A stretch of DNA of 64,000 bases from Polyangiaceae bacterium (GCA_036261775.1 DATAKF010000499.1:8524-72523), one strand, 5' to 3'. Counted from the first letter of the stretch, positions 38,608 through 48,243 are shown. The notes: generated from the letters alone by a model not told the origin. Translations and numbers: made by a program.

Positions 38608-40176
38608 ATGTCTCACCTTCTGAACGGTAAACGCTTTGGGTGGGCCATCCTATCGGTGTTGCTCACCGCGGTGGCGGTGCTCTCGTACGTCACGGGCACC
38701 CGCTACGTGGCGGCTCAACAGGCCATCGAGCACACGCTTGCGGTCGAGGCGGCCATCGATGGCACGCTGTCGTTGCTCAAGGACGCCGAGACCGGCCAGC
38801 GCGGCTACATCTTGGCCGACGATTCGCAGTTTCTGGAGCCGCTGGACAGCGCGCGCCGCGAAATACCGCCGCTTTTCGCAAAGCTGACGGCTGTTACCGA
38901 GGGCGACCCCGTGCAGAGCGAGCGGCTGAAGAAGCTGAAGCAGCTGAGCAACGACAAGCTCGCCTTCATCGATCAGACGATCGAGGCGCGTCGCGAAGAC
39001 GGCCTGACGCGGGCGCTGCTGCTCATCCGCAGCGGGCGCGGCAAGCAGCTGATGGACGAGCTACGCGCGGAGTGTCGGCTGATGCGGGCCGACGAGCAGC
39101 GACGACTCGAGCAGCGCAAGTCCGAGGCGCGCGCCGCGCAGCGGGCCGCCGTCTGGGGTATTTCGCTCGGCTCTTTGATGACCATCGCGCTGGCACTGAT
39201 CAGCCTGGCCACCGTTGGCAAGGACGTGAAAGAGCTGAAGCAGACCGCAGAGGAGCTGGCGCAGAGCGAAGCCTACTATCGGCTGTTGACCGAGCAGGGC
39301 AGCGACTTGGTGCGCTTGCTGAGCCTGCAAGGTAAGGTGACGTACGTCAGCCCCTCGGTCGAGCGCCTGCTAGGCTATGGCGTCGAAGACTTTCGAAACC
39401 TGCCGGGCATGTCTTTGATGCATCCCGACGAGCTCGACGTCGCTCGTGGCATCTTGAGGGACGTATCCAGCGGCACCGTCAACGGCGGTGTGTCGACCTA
39501 CCGGCTCCGCAACAAATCCGGTGAATTCCGCTGGTTCGAGGTGCGCTGGGGTGTCATTCGCGACGCCGAGGGCAAACCCAAGGAGATCCACACCGCCGGG
39601 CGCGACGTCACCGAGCGGCGTGAAGCCGAAAGCAAGCTGAACGCGTACGCGGAGCAGCTACGCAGTCTTTCGCTGCGCGACGAGCTGACCGGTTTGTACA
39701 ACCGGCGCGGCTTCTTGGAGGTCGCGGCGCAGGCGCACGGCCTGGCGCAGCGCGAGGCGCGCTCTGCGGCGTTGGTGTTCGTCGATCTGAACGGTATGAA
39801 GCGCATCAACGACGAGCTGGGGCACGACGTCGGCGATGACGCGCTGGTCGACGCAGCGCACGTGCTGCGTGCGGCGCTGCGCGAAGCGGACGTGGTAGCG
39901 CGGCTGGGCGGAGACGAGTTCGTGGCGTTCGTGCTCGATTTCGGCTCGCTCAACATCGATCCGTTGCGCGCACGCTTGCGCAAGCTACTGGACGAGCGCG
40001 TCGCGGAGCTAGGCCGGCCGTATCGGCTGTCGATGAGCGTGGGTGCAGCCTATTTGAAGGCAGGCGCCGAGCGGACCGTCTCGCAGCTTTTGGACGAGGC
40101 CGACGCCGCCATGTACGAGCAAAAAAACGCGCGGCGCGCCGCCGGCGGCGTTTCGATGCCACCGCCGGCTGGCTAG
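38608..40176 (+). CDS. CHASE3-PAS-GGDEF diguanylate cyclase
   Basis: DAETGQRGY (CHASE3), YVSPS...HPD (PAS), DELTGLYNRR, RxxD I-site (READ) and GGDEF intact. Confidence 0.92.
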   Translation: MSHLLNGKRFGWAILSVLLTAVAVLSYVTGTRYVAAQQAIEHTLAVEAAIDGTLSLLKDAETGQRGYILADDSQFLEPLDSARREIPPLFAKLTAVTEGDPVQSERLKKLKQLSNDKLAFIDQTIEARREDGLTRALLLIRSGRGKQLMDELRAECRLMRADEQRRLEQRKSEARAAQRAAVWGISLGSLMTIALALISLATVGKDVKELKQTAEELAQSEAYYRLLTEQGSDLVRLLSLQGKVTYVSPSVERLLGYGVEDFRNLPGMSLMHPDELDVARGILRDVSSGTVNGGVSTYRLRNKSGEFRWFEVRWGVIRDAEGKPKEIHTAGRDVTERREAESKLNAYAEQLRSLSLRDELTGLYNRRGFLEVAAQAHGLAQREARSAALVFVDLNGMKRINDELGHDVGDDALVDAAHVLRAALREADVVARLGGDEFVAFVLDFGSLNIDPLRARLRKLLDERVAELGRPYRLSMSVGAAYLKAGAERTVSQLLDEADAAMYEQKNARRAAGGVSMPPPAG

Positions 40177-40523
40177 TGCTTTTGCGCCGCCGCGGCAGCT
40201 GCCCTGCGGGCTTCTTCATCGCGGCGTTGGAGCTCGACACCGGCGCCAGCGGCTGCGACCGCGGCTTCGACGTCGGCTTGCGAGGTGGCCTGCGCCCCGC
40301 CTGCCAGCTTGGGTTTGCAGGCGCAGGCAGTGGAGTACTCGCCGACATACACGAACGTGGCCATGTCCATGCCGAGCTTGGCGCACTGATTGAAGCAGCC
40401 GAGGGCGCCGCCAGGGAACCGCGAGCTACCTTTGAACTCCGTGGGCGGCACGCAGCTCGCCATCCCGCTGAGCACCAGCAAACAGACCCCTGTCAATCCA
40501 AGACGAACCGCTCGCGCCACCAT
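40173..40523 (-). CDS. Small lipoprotein
   Basis: MASC lipobox; CFNQC and CAC. Confidence 0.6.
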   Translation of the reverse strand: MVARAVRLGLTGVCLLVLSGMASCVPPTEFKGSSRFPGGALGCFNQCAKLGMDMATFVYVGEYSTACACKPKLAGGAQATSQADVEAAVAAAGAGVELQRRDEEARRAAAAAAQKH

Positions 40524-40654
40524 GCGAGCGACGCTAGTGCGGCCTGGCTCGAGGCGCTAGAGCGACGGACGCTCCCTGTAAATCCCGAGCCGTTCCAGGG
40601 TGAGGCCCAGGTCCGTTTGGGGCGAGGCAGCCCAGCTGGGCTGCCAGGCAGCGC

Positions 40655-41137
40655 CTACTTCAAACCGTACGCGCCGTCTTGAGGTGCGCGACCGTCGATT
40701 GACAAGACTTTGAGTGAGCCGACTTGAGAGAGCGGCAGGTACGAGATCGCGCCCGGTAGCTCTTGCACGGCGCGGCGGCACAGGTCCAGGGAGCTTGCGC
40801 TGCGCGGCGGTTTGTTGCCGCGCAGGCGTTGATCGATCCAATAGCGGGCAATCTCGCTCGGAGACATGCTGAGCACGTTGCGATCGAAGCGCTCGCGCAC
40901 GTTGGAGCTTTGCGCCAAGTTGATCGGCACGAAGCGATGACCGTCGTCGTCGTCGGTCGGCAGCGCCAAGAAGACGCGCCGCAGCTTGTCGCTGGAGAGC
41001 CCGCGCTGGCGGCTGTTCGAGCTCATCACGACCGCGATCGGTTCGGCCGCCAGCACGGCATTCGGTGTCGCTAGGCCAAAGCCCAGGCCGGAGACGACGT
41101 GCAGCAGCTGTCGGCGGGGAAAGCTGAGCGTGCTCAT
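40655..41137 (-). CDS. Small Tat-exported substrate-binding-like protein (half-PBP type)
   Basis: PRRQLL twin-arginine signal; IAVV, LRRVFL, RERF, YW, PGAISY, KVLSIDG. TGATG overlap with the upstream porin. Confidence 0.7.
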   Translation of the reverse strand: MSTLSFPRRQLLHVVSGLGFGLATPNAVLAAEPIAVVMSSNSRQRGLSSDKLRRVFLALPTDDDDGHRFVPINLAQSSNVRERFDRNVLSMSPSEIARYWIDQRLRGNKPPRSASSLDLCRRAVQELPGAISYLPLSQVGSLKVLSIDGRAPQDGAYGLK

Positions 41138-42549
41138 CAGAACGCCCACGCAATCTGCAGATCGAGGCCTGCGACCGGGTTGTCGGCAAAGGTATTGGGC
41201 TCGTGATCGGGGAAGAATCCGTAAGTGTATTCGGCCTTGAACACCACCCGTGGCACCGGGCGAAAGTTCAAGCCGCCCGTGAACAGCGCGACGTTTTGGT
41301 CGACGCCCAAACCTTGCAGCGCTGGATCCGGGCTGTACTCGCCTTTCACGTAAGGCATGACGCCGAACAGCGGCGTGCGATAGCCCACCAGAGCGTAGCC
41401 GCCAGCGTTGCGTCGATCGGGCTCGAGGCCCCCGTTTTGGGTCGGGCGACCCTTGGCGGTGAACTTGCGATCGTTCACGACTGCTTCGGCTTGGACGTGC
41501 AGGTCGTCTTTCGTCCAGCGCAGATCGAAGGCGTAGCTGCGCTCTTGGACCTGATAGAAGATGCTCTCACTGCTCTTCGGTGAAGAGCCTTCGAAGTAGA
41601 TGTCGCGCGTGTTGTCGGTGGTGGTGCCGGCGTAAAACGTGCTGCCCAGCGTGAGCTCGCCCAGGCCGCGGTACGTGAGCGCCAGGCGCGCAGTGATGGC
41701 CTTGTTGTCGTCCAAGTCTTCGTAGGCGATCAAATCCGTGCGGCCGTTGGAGGCACCGAGCGCGTAGCTAAGCTCCAAATCGTCGACCAAGCTGACGCGC
41801 CCGTATCCGAGTAAGCCCACTTGCGAGTCGGGCAGCAGGCGCGCGCCGACCATGTACGGCGGAGACACGCCGATGATGACGGGCGAGCCGTGGTCGACGT
41901 TCCAGATGCCGTACGGCGTCAGAAACTGTCCGGCTTGCACGGAAAGCCAGGAAAAGGCGCTGTACTCGATGAACGCGCGCTCGATGATGACGCCGTTGAT
42001 CGGGCGGTCGCGAGTGAAGTCGGTGTAGTCGGCTTGGCGACTGTCGACGTGGCGCACGATGCCGTCGTTGCCGGTGCGCCAGCCGCCTTGCGGCATGTAC
42101 GTGAAGCGCACTTCGGCCAACGCGCGCCAGCGCTCGGCCAGCTGCGAGTCGAAGTACATGTTCAAGTGCCCGACGAACATGCTCGGGTGGCGGTTCAGGT
42201 ACACCAGCCACGGGCTATCCTTTGGCACCATCATGTGCCGGTAGCCCACGTCGCCAAAGCCGTAGATCTTCAGCGCGTCGCCGTTGATCAGCGAGTCGGC
42301 AGCTCCTGCTTGGTCGTCTTCCAGCTGCGCTACGGCGCTGCCGCTGTCGGCGCTGGGTGCTTCGACGGCTGCTGGTGGCTGTACCGGTTGTGGGCGCGCC
42401 TCGGGCGCCGGGTTCGGTTCCGGATCGGGATCGGGTGTCGGAGCGGGCGCCGGATCGGGCTCGGGGTTGGGCTCGGCTTGGGCGAAAGCGACGCTGCTCG
42501 AGAAGAGCAGGCCAAGGGTCAGGGCGGAGCGGATGAATAGACTTCGCAT
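41137..42549 (-). CDS. Outer-membrane beta-barrel (porin-like) protein
   Basis: Signal peptide, Pro/Glu/Asp linker, IERAFIEY, GQFLTPYGIWNVDHGSP, terminal LQIAWAF. Confidence 0.75.
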   Translation of the reverse strand: MRSLFIRSALTLGLLFSSSVAFAQAEPNPEPDPAPAPTPDPDPEPNPAPEARPQPVQPPAAVEAPSADSGSAVAQLEDDQAGAADSLINGDALKIYGFGDVGYRHMMVPKDSPWLVYLNRHPSMFVGHLNMYFDSQLAERWRALAEVRFTYMPQGGWRTGNDGIVRHVDSRQADYTDFTRDRPINGVIIERAFIEYSAFSWLSVQAGQFLTPYGIWNVDHGSPVIIGVSPPYMVGARLLPDSQVGLLGYGRVSLVDDLELSYALGASNGRTDLIAYEDLDDNKAITARLALTYRGLGELTLGSTFYAGTTTDNTRDIYFEGSSPKSSESIFYQVQERSYAFDLRWTKDDLHVQAEAVVNDRKFTAKGRPTQNGGLEPDRRNAGGYALVGYRTPLFGVMPYVKGEYSPDPALQGLGVDQNVALFTGGLNFRPVPRVVFKAEYTYGFFPDHEPNTFADNPVAGLDLQIAWAF

Positions 42550-42554
42550 GGTGA

Positions 42555-43268
42555 TCATTCCGGGCGAGAAATCAGGGTTCCGCCGGCAGGGCAGGCGCCG
42601 TCTTCCAGGGCGGTGGGCGGCACGCACAGCGACTGCGAGAGCAGGCCGATGTCGCAGCACACCCAGTCGCCGTGGCATTTGTTCGGGTCGGGCTTGCAGT
42701 CGTTGACGACGCAGGCGTGCTCCTGAACCGTCTCGCAGTAGCCAGCGACGTTGCCCGCGCAGTCGTCGCTCGAGCTGCACTTCTGGCCCAAGCCTTGCGG
42801 CGGGCGCTCGCAGAACGCCGGCGACTGGCGGGTGTTGCAGCCGTAGTCGGTTGGGCAATCGGCGCCCGTGCTGCAGTCGGGCGCGGTGCAGTAGCCGGGC
42901 GAGTCGCTGTCTCCGACGTAGCAGTACGAGTAGTCAGCGTCGCCGCAGTCGGCGTCTGATTCGCAGTCTTGGCCGAGGCCTGCCAGCTTGGCGCAGGCGG
43001 CCTCGGGCGTGGCGCGCGAGAAGCCTTCGACGCAGACGCAGCCTTCGGCGGAGCCGGTCTCGTTTTCGCCGCAGGCTTCACACCGGTTGCCGACCAGCGC
43101 GTAGTCGCCGTCGCACACGCATAGCGCGAGCTCGGCGTCGTAGCGTTGCTGCTCGCCGCAGCGATTGTCCAAGTCGACGAGGCACGCTGGTGAGAAAAAG
43201 GCCGCCGCAATGGGCAAAATGAGCGCGCAAAACCGCGCGCCCGTGGTGAACGGGTGCTTTGCTGACAT
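42555..43268 (-). CDS. Highly Cys-rich lipoprotein (EGF-like and CxxDxDC repeats)
   Basis: SPAC lipobox; CVCDGDY, CVCVEGF, CESDADC, CSSSDDC. Confidence 0.75.
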   Translation of the reverse strand: MSAKHPFTTGARFCALILPIAAAFFSPACLVDLDNRCGEQQRYDAELALCVCDGDYALVGNRCEACGENETGSAEGCVCVEGFSRATPEAACAKLAGLGQDCESDADCGDADYSYCYVGDSDSPGYCTAPDCSTGADCPTDYGCNTRQSPAFCERPPQGLGQKCSSSDDCAGNVAGYCETVQEHACVVNDCKPDPNKCHGDWVCCDIGLLSQSLCVPPTALEDGACPAGGTLISRPE

Positions 43269-43292
43269 GATGTTTTTCCGTGAGCTGCGCGT

Positions 43293-45245
43293 TCAGGCCG
43301 CGCGTCGAATCAAGAGCAGGGTCCAGTCGTCTTCGCGTTCGTGAGCATGCTGAGCGACGGCGTGCAGCACGTCGTCGGCGATGTCTTGCAGTGAGTCGTG
43401 GTCGCGCGCCGCGCGCTCCAGAGCTTCGGACAAGCGCTCCATGTCGAACAGCTCGCCCTTGGCGTCGCGCGCCTCGATCAGGCCGTCCGAGTACAGGCAC
43501 AACAGGTCGCCGCGCGCCAACGCCAGCGAGCTGACCGGAATGTCGTCGAGGTCGCGCTTGATGCCGAGCCAAGGACCCGGCGCTTCGAGCATCTCGCTCT
43601 TGCCGGTGGCCGTGCGCCACACCAGCGGCCACTCGTGCGCGCCCGCGTACACGAATCGCCCCGCGCCCGTGTGCTGCAGCAAGAGCCCGGTCACGTACTT
43701 GTCGTCGCGCAGGCGCACGCCGATCTGCTCGTTCAACAGGTCGTTCACGCCGCGGATCACTTCGTCCGGCCGGGCCAGCGGATTTGCGCGGAAATACGCG
43801 GCAAACGCCGACTGAGTCATCAACATGACCAGGCCCGCGGGCACGCCGTGTCCCGAGACGTCACCGATCGTCACCCAGAGCGAGCGACTACGGTCGTCAC
43901 ACAGCACGTCGTAGAAGTCGCCGCCGACCTCTTCGGCCGGCTGCATGCGGCCGGCGAACTCCAGCTCCGGATGGGCGAGCGAAGGCGGGAGCAGCGCCGA
44001 CTGAATGCCGGCCGCGATCTCCAGGTCGCGCGACATGCGGGTCTGCTCGCGCAAACCTTCGCGGGCGCGCGCGATCTCGCTCGTCATTTCGTTGAAGGCG
44101 TGACCTAGTGCGGCCAGCTCGTCCTTGGTCTGCAGCTCGACCCGCACGTCCGTCGAACCCTGCGCGACGCGGTTGGCTGCGTCGCGCAGCACGTGCACGC
44201 TGCGCGTTACGCCGCGGCCGATCAAGAGCGCGAGCACCACGCTGCCGAGCAGGGCTGCGCCTACCAGGGCCGAGCTGGTGATGACGGCGCGGTGCGTGTC
44301 CTGCAGTTTGCTCTCGGCGCGCCTACGCATGTCGCGGTTCAGGCGCTCTTCCAAGGTGCGCAGGCTGTCGACCTTGGCGCCCTGCGCCGAAAACCAGGCG
44401 TCCGCCTGGTGCTCCAGATCGCCGTCGATGGACTCGATGGCGGCGCGCCGCAGGTCGTCGGCGGCCTTGCAGCGCGGGTGCTGCATGCGCTGTTGGTATT
44501 CGGAAAATTGGGTCGTCGAGGCGTTGGTCTTCAGCACCTCGACGAAGGTCTGTTCTTCCGTGATCAGCGTCATCATGTCGCGGAAGGAGCCGGGCGGAAA
44601 GTCGCCCGTCGCATACACGTAGCTGAGCAGGGCATGTTCGGCGCTGGCTCGCTCTTCCAGCTCCAGCACCGCTACCAAGGCCGCGATCGAGCGCAGCACC
44701 TCGCCGTCGTCGGTCAGCTCGCTCAACGCGGCCGACGAACGGATCAGGCGTCGCGACGGCTGAGCGTAAAAGTCCGTGAGGGCCGAAAGCGTCGTGCCGC
44801 CGCTTTGAGCCTCGGTCCGCACCTCGCCCAAGCGGTCGAGGTGCTTCAACGTTTGCGTCAAGCCATCGCTCAGGCGCGTTGGAAGGCGCGACAAATCGCG
44901 AGAAGACACGAAGCGCCCGAGGCGCGACAGCGCGGCGTCGGTCGCTTCGAAATTCGACGACAGCGGGGCAAGCTGAGCGGCCGGCTTGGCTTCGCCCAGC
45001 TTTTGCGCCTCTTCGCTCTTGCTGGCCAATTCCAGCGCTAGGCGCGCGCGCTCCGACTGCAGCCGGTACACCAGCGTGCTGACGTCTTCGGACAACTCGG
45101 CCAAGCTCTCCACGGAGCCGAGCGCGTCGCCACGCTGCAGCTGCTCGCGCGCGCTACCCACCACCAAGCTGGCCAGCACCAGTACGCCTAGCACCGGGAA
45201 CCCGGCCAGGAGCAAGAGCTTGAGCGCGATGGGGTAGCGTTTCAT
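43293..45245 (-). CDS. Membrane sensor phosphatase: NIT-like periplasmic domain, HAMP, PP2C/SpoIIE
   Basis: TM1, LVYRLQSER...WF (NIT-like), TM2, KDELAALGHAFNEM (HAMP), EVGGDFYD, IGDVSGHG, YSDGLIE, EDDWT. Confidence 0.88.
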   Translation of the reverse strand: MKRYPIALKLLLLAGFPVLGVLVLASLVVGSAREQLQRGDALGSVESLAELSEDVSTLVYRLQSERARLALELASKSEEAQKLGEAKPAAQLAPLSSNFEATDAALSRLGRFVSSRDLSRLPTRLSDGLTQTLKHLDRLGEVRTEAQSGGTTLSALTDFYAQPSRRLIRSSAALSELTDDGEVLRSIAALVAVLELEERASAEHALLSYVYATGDFPPGSFRDMMTLITEEQTFVEVLKTNASTTQFSEYQQRMQHPRCKAADDLRRAAIESIDGDLEHQADAWFSAQGAKVDSLRTLEERLNRDMRRRAESKLQDTHRAVITSSALVGAALLGSVVLALLIGRGVTRSVHVLRDAANRVAQGSTDVRVELQTKDELAALGHAFNEMTSEIARAREGLREQTRMSRDLEIAAGIQSALLPPSLAHPELEFAGRMQPAEEVGGDFYDVLCDDRSRSLWVTIGDVSGHGVPAGLVMLMTQSAFAAYFRANPLARPDEVIRGVNDLLNEQIGVRLRDDKYVTGLLLQHTGAGRFVYAGAHEWPLVWRTATGKSEMLEAPGPWLGIKRDLDDIPVSSLALARGDLLCLYSDGLIEARDAKGELFDMERLSEALERAARDHDSLQDIADDVLHAVAQHAHEREDDWTLLLIRRAA

Positions 45246-45251
45246 GGGGAA

Positions 45252-45770
45252 TTAGCGCGAACAAATCGCGCGTACGGTGACGTCGTTGCCGTCGACTTCG
45301 AGCTCGATGCGCATTTCGGCTTCGTGGCGGATGCGCGCCAAGCCGAGCATGGACCGACGACCGGAGCTGGGACCGATAGACATGGAGCGCTCGAGCTCCG
45401 ACGAATAGACTTGCTCGGGCGCCGACTCCAAGCGCTTGAGCTGGGCGCTCAGCATCTCGATGCGCGTCGTCACGGTCGTGTTTTGGACGCTGACGGCGAC
45501 GCGCTGTCCGTCGACGGCCAAGCGGTAGGTGAAGTCACGAGCCAGCGAGCCATAGCGAACGGCGTTGTCCAAGAGCTCGGTGCTGGCCAACGTGACGCGC
45601 TCAGCGACGCTGTTGGAGAAGCGGCCCTTGGCGTAAGCGTTGATGAAACCCAAGAACTGCTCGAGGTCGGGGCTCGCGTCCCACGTGACGTGAATCAGCG
45701 CCGTGCTGGCTGCCGGAAAGGCGCCGCTGGCTGCTTGTCCGCGCGACAGGAAAGGATCCACCCTGTTCAA
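45252..45770 (-). CDS. HATPase-like anti-sigma-kinase-like protein (SiaB/Slr1658-like)
   Basis: N-box TELLDNAVRYG and C-terminal MLGLARIR. Start uncertain. Confidence 0.65.
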   Translation of the reverse strand: MNRVDPFLSRGQAASGAFPAASTALIHVTWDASPDLEQFLGFINAYAKGRFSNSVAERVTLASTELLDNAVRYGSLARDFTYRLAVDGQRVAVSVQNTTVTTRIEMLSAQLKRLESAPEQVYSSELERSMSIGPSSGRRSMLGLARIRHEAEMRIELEVDGNDVTVRAICSR

Positions 45771-45773
45771 GCC

Positions 45774-46151
45774 TCACTCCGCGTCCAGGGCGATGCTCTT
45801 GCCACCGAGCGACTGCAGCACGGCGAAGCTCGTGCGTTGCCAGGTGATGCGCCGATCGGTGCGGAAGCGCAGCAGGTAGCCGCCGGCGCCGGCTTGGGCC
45901 ACCCAGCTCGACCAATCCACGAACAAGCGGATGGCCGAGGAGTTGACGAACGTGAGCTGCCGCACGTCTACGGACAGCTCGCGCAAGCCGTCGGCGATGG
46001 TGGCCTCGTGCATGCGCCGAAAGCAGCCCCCCAGCAAAAGGCCTGGATCCGGGATCGCGATGGTGCCGCGCATGGCGATGGAGTTGGGCGGGGTAATGAC
46101 CAGCTCGAGGCTCGCGAGCTGGGGTAAATCGACTCGAGAGAGGTTGCTCAT
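45774..46151 (-). CDS. STAS-like anti-sigma-antagonist (SiaC/Slr1659-like)
   Basis: VDVRQLTFVNSSAIRLF matches the SpoIIAA-type FxDSSG phospho-site; WQRTSF. Confidence 0.7.
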   Translation of the reverse strand: MSNLSRVDLPQLASLELVITPPNSIAMRGTIAIPDPGLLLGGCFRRMHEATIADGLRELSVDVRQLTFVNSSAIRLFVDWSSWVAQAGAGGYLLRFRTDRRITWQRTSFAVLQSLGGKSIALDAE

Positions 46152-46636
46152 GGCTTGCCTGTGGCGGTAATGCGGACGCGGCCGTCCGCTTGTTCGTCGA
46201 GGTGCAGCTCGAAACGCGCTTCGTAGCGCATGCGCGCCAGCCCCAAGCGCGCGGGAGAGTCGGGCTCATTGGCCGCGCGCACGAACGCGGCCAGGTATGC
46301 GGCCTCGGGATCGAGCATGGTCAGGTGACTCAGCTCGTTCTTCAAGGTCTGGAGGTGTAGCGGGTCGGGGCGGCTCGTGATCGAGATGCGAAAGTTGTCG
46401 CGGTCGGCGTGCACCTCGACCTCGAGCTCGCTCAGTTGACCCGGGGTGGAGTACTTGACCGCGTTCTCGAGCGTCTCTTGCAGCACGACGCGCGCGCGCT
46501 CTGCCAAGTCTTGCTGGCGGTAAGTGGTCTCGCAGAAGAAGCGGCAGAACTCGCGGACGCCCTCGATGTAGGCCCACGCTGGGCGAAAGCGCAGGAAGAT
46601 GAGCGGCTCGGTCGAGCTGGGCAGGGTCGATATCAT
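46148..46636 (-). CDS. Second HATPase-like anti-sigma-kinase-like protein
   Basis: QETLENAVKYS N-box and ARLGLARMRYEA. Paralog of 45252-45770. ATGA overlap with the STAS gene. Confidence 0.7.
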   Translation of the reverse strand: MISTLPSSTEPLIFLRFRPAWAYIEGVREFCRFFCETTYRQQDLAERARVVLQETLENAVKYSTPGQLSELEVEVHADRDNFRISITSRPDPLHLQTLKNELSHLTMLDPEAAYLAAFVRAANEPDSPARLGLARMRYEARFELHLDEQADGRVRITATGKP

Positions 46637-46662
46637 GGCGGTCGGTCTCGACTGACCTGCTT

Positions 46663-46678
46663 TGCAGCCAGCGTGCCA
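46663..46678 (-). promoter_or_regulatory. Sigma-54 -24/-12 promoter
   Basis: Minus strand TGGCACG-CTGG-CTGCA with GG-N10-GC spacing, about 27 nt upstream of ATG 46636. Confidence 0.7.
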
Positions 46679-46836
46679 AGCGCCGCCGCCGAAATCTGGC
46701 GAGGAAATGCCGCAATTGCGCGCCGTGAGGGAGTCAGAGCTGGGTCTGTGGGCCGGGTGAAATCGACCCGGGGGGAGTCCCTTGGACCCCGCCAAACCCT
46801 TAAGGCGCGCGTGGCGCGTGCGTTCTTCGGAGACAG

Positions 46837-48240
46837 ATGCCCTCGCACCTCTCGACCGGCACCGTCCTGGTCGTCGACGACGACGAACAATCACTGCGCG
46901 CCGTGCGCGCGCTCCTGGCGGCCTTTGGTTTCAAGGCTATTTGCGCGGGCTCGGGCGCCGAGGCGATGCAGCTACTCGAGAAACCCGAGCGCGAGATCGA
47001 GTGCATCTTGACCGACCTGTACATGCCTGGAGTCTCGGGCATGGATCTGCTGATGCACGTGCGGCAGGCCTCTCCTGAGTTGCCAGTGGTGGTCATGACC
47101 GGCAACGCCGACGTGCCCTCGGCCGTCACTGCCATTCGAGAGGGCGCCTTCGACTTTCAGCTCAAGCCGCTCAGCTCGGAGACCCTGACCTTGGCGCTGG
47201 GCCGAGCCATCGAGCATCGTCGCTTGAAGGACCGCAATCGCTTCCTGGAGCAGCGGCTCGAGGTGTCGCAGCGTTTTGGTGGAATTGTCGGCAATTCTCC
47301 CGCAATGCGCCACGTTTTCGAGCTGATAGCCAACGTGGCCGGCACCGAAGCCACGGTGTTGATCAGCGGGGAGAGCGGCACCGGTAAGGAGCTGGTCGCC
47401 CGTTCGCTGCACGATCACAGCGCGCGCGCCACGCGACCTTTCGTGGCCATCAACTGCGGTGCCTTGACCGAGACGCTGCTGGAGAGCGAGCTGTTCGGTC
47501 ACGAGCGCGGAGCGTTCACGGGCGCCGACACCAAGCGCCGCGGCTTGTTCGAGGAAGCCAACGGCGGCACGCTATTCTTGGATGAAGTGGGTGAGCTGAC
47601 GCCGAGCACGCAAGTGCGGCTGCTGCGTGTGCTGCAGGAGCGTTGCGTTCGTCCGGTCGGCTCCAACCTGGCGCGCCCGATCGACGTGCGCGTGCTGGCT
47701 GCCACCAACCGTGATCTCGAGCTCGAGGTGCGTGAGCGCCGCTTTCGTGAGGACCTGTTCTATCGTTTGAACGTCGTCAGCATCGAGCTACCGGCGCTGC
47801 GGGAGCGCGGTGAGGACGTGCTGCTTCTGGCTCATCACTTGCTGGGCAAGCACGGCAGCCGCCTGGGCAAGCCCGGCATCCGCTTCGCCAGCGAGGCGCT
47901 CGAGGCGCTCACCTCTTACGAATTTCCCGGCAATATTCGCGAGCTCGAGAACGCCATCGAGCGCGCCGCCATCATGACCACGGGCGACGTCGTGACGCCA
48001 GACGCGCTGCCGGCGCAGCTCAGGCCGCGCAGCAACGGCTCTAGCTCACGGCTGCGTGCCGCGCTCGACCTGTCGTTCAACGAAGCACGTCATCGCTTCG
48101 AGCGCTCGTACTTGGACCAAGTGCTGGAAGCCAGCGGCGGCAACTTGAGCGAAGCCGCGCGTCGCTCGGGTATGGATCGCTCGAACTTCCGGCGCTTGCT
48201 CGATCGCCACGGCGTGCGCGGCGTCGCCAACGCTAGCTGA
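46837..48240 (+). CDS. NtrC-family sigma-54-dependent response regulator
   Basis: REC (VVDDD, TDLYMPG), [32 protein letters not shown], Fis-type HTH. Confidence 0.93.
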   Translation: MPSHLSTGTVLVVDDDEQSLRAVRALLAAFGFKAICAGSGAEAMQLLEKPEREIECILTDLYMPGVSGMDLLMHVRQASPELPVVVMTGNADVPSAVTAIREGAFDFQLKPLSSETLTLALGRAIEHRRLKDRNRFLEQRLEVSQRFGGIVGNSPAMRHVFELIANVAGTEATVLISGESGTGKELVARSLHDHSARATRPFVAINCGALTETLLESELFGHERGAFTGADTKRRGLFEEANGGTLFLDEVGELTPSTQVRLLRVLQERCVRPVGSNLARPIDVRVLAATNRDLELEVRERRFREDLFYRLNVVSIELPALRERGEDVLLLAHHLLGKHGSRLGKPGIRFASEALEALTSYEFPGNIRELENAIERAAIMTTGDVVTPDALPAQLRPRSNGSSSRLRAALDLSFNEARHRFERSYLDQVLEASGGNLSEAARRSGMDRSNFRRLLDRHGVRGVANAS

Positions 48241-48243
48241 CGA

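Noticed and set aside
40534-40560. Short ctag...ctag segment resembling the CTAG repeat
   Set aside because: Only the first few bases match and the core gatagcagcaact is absent
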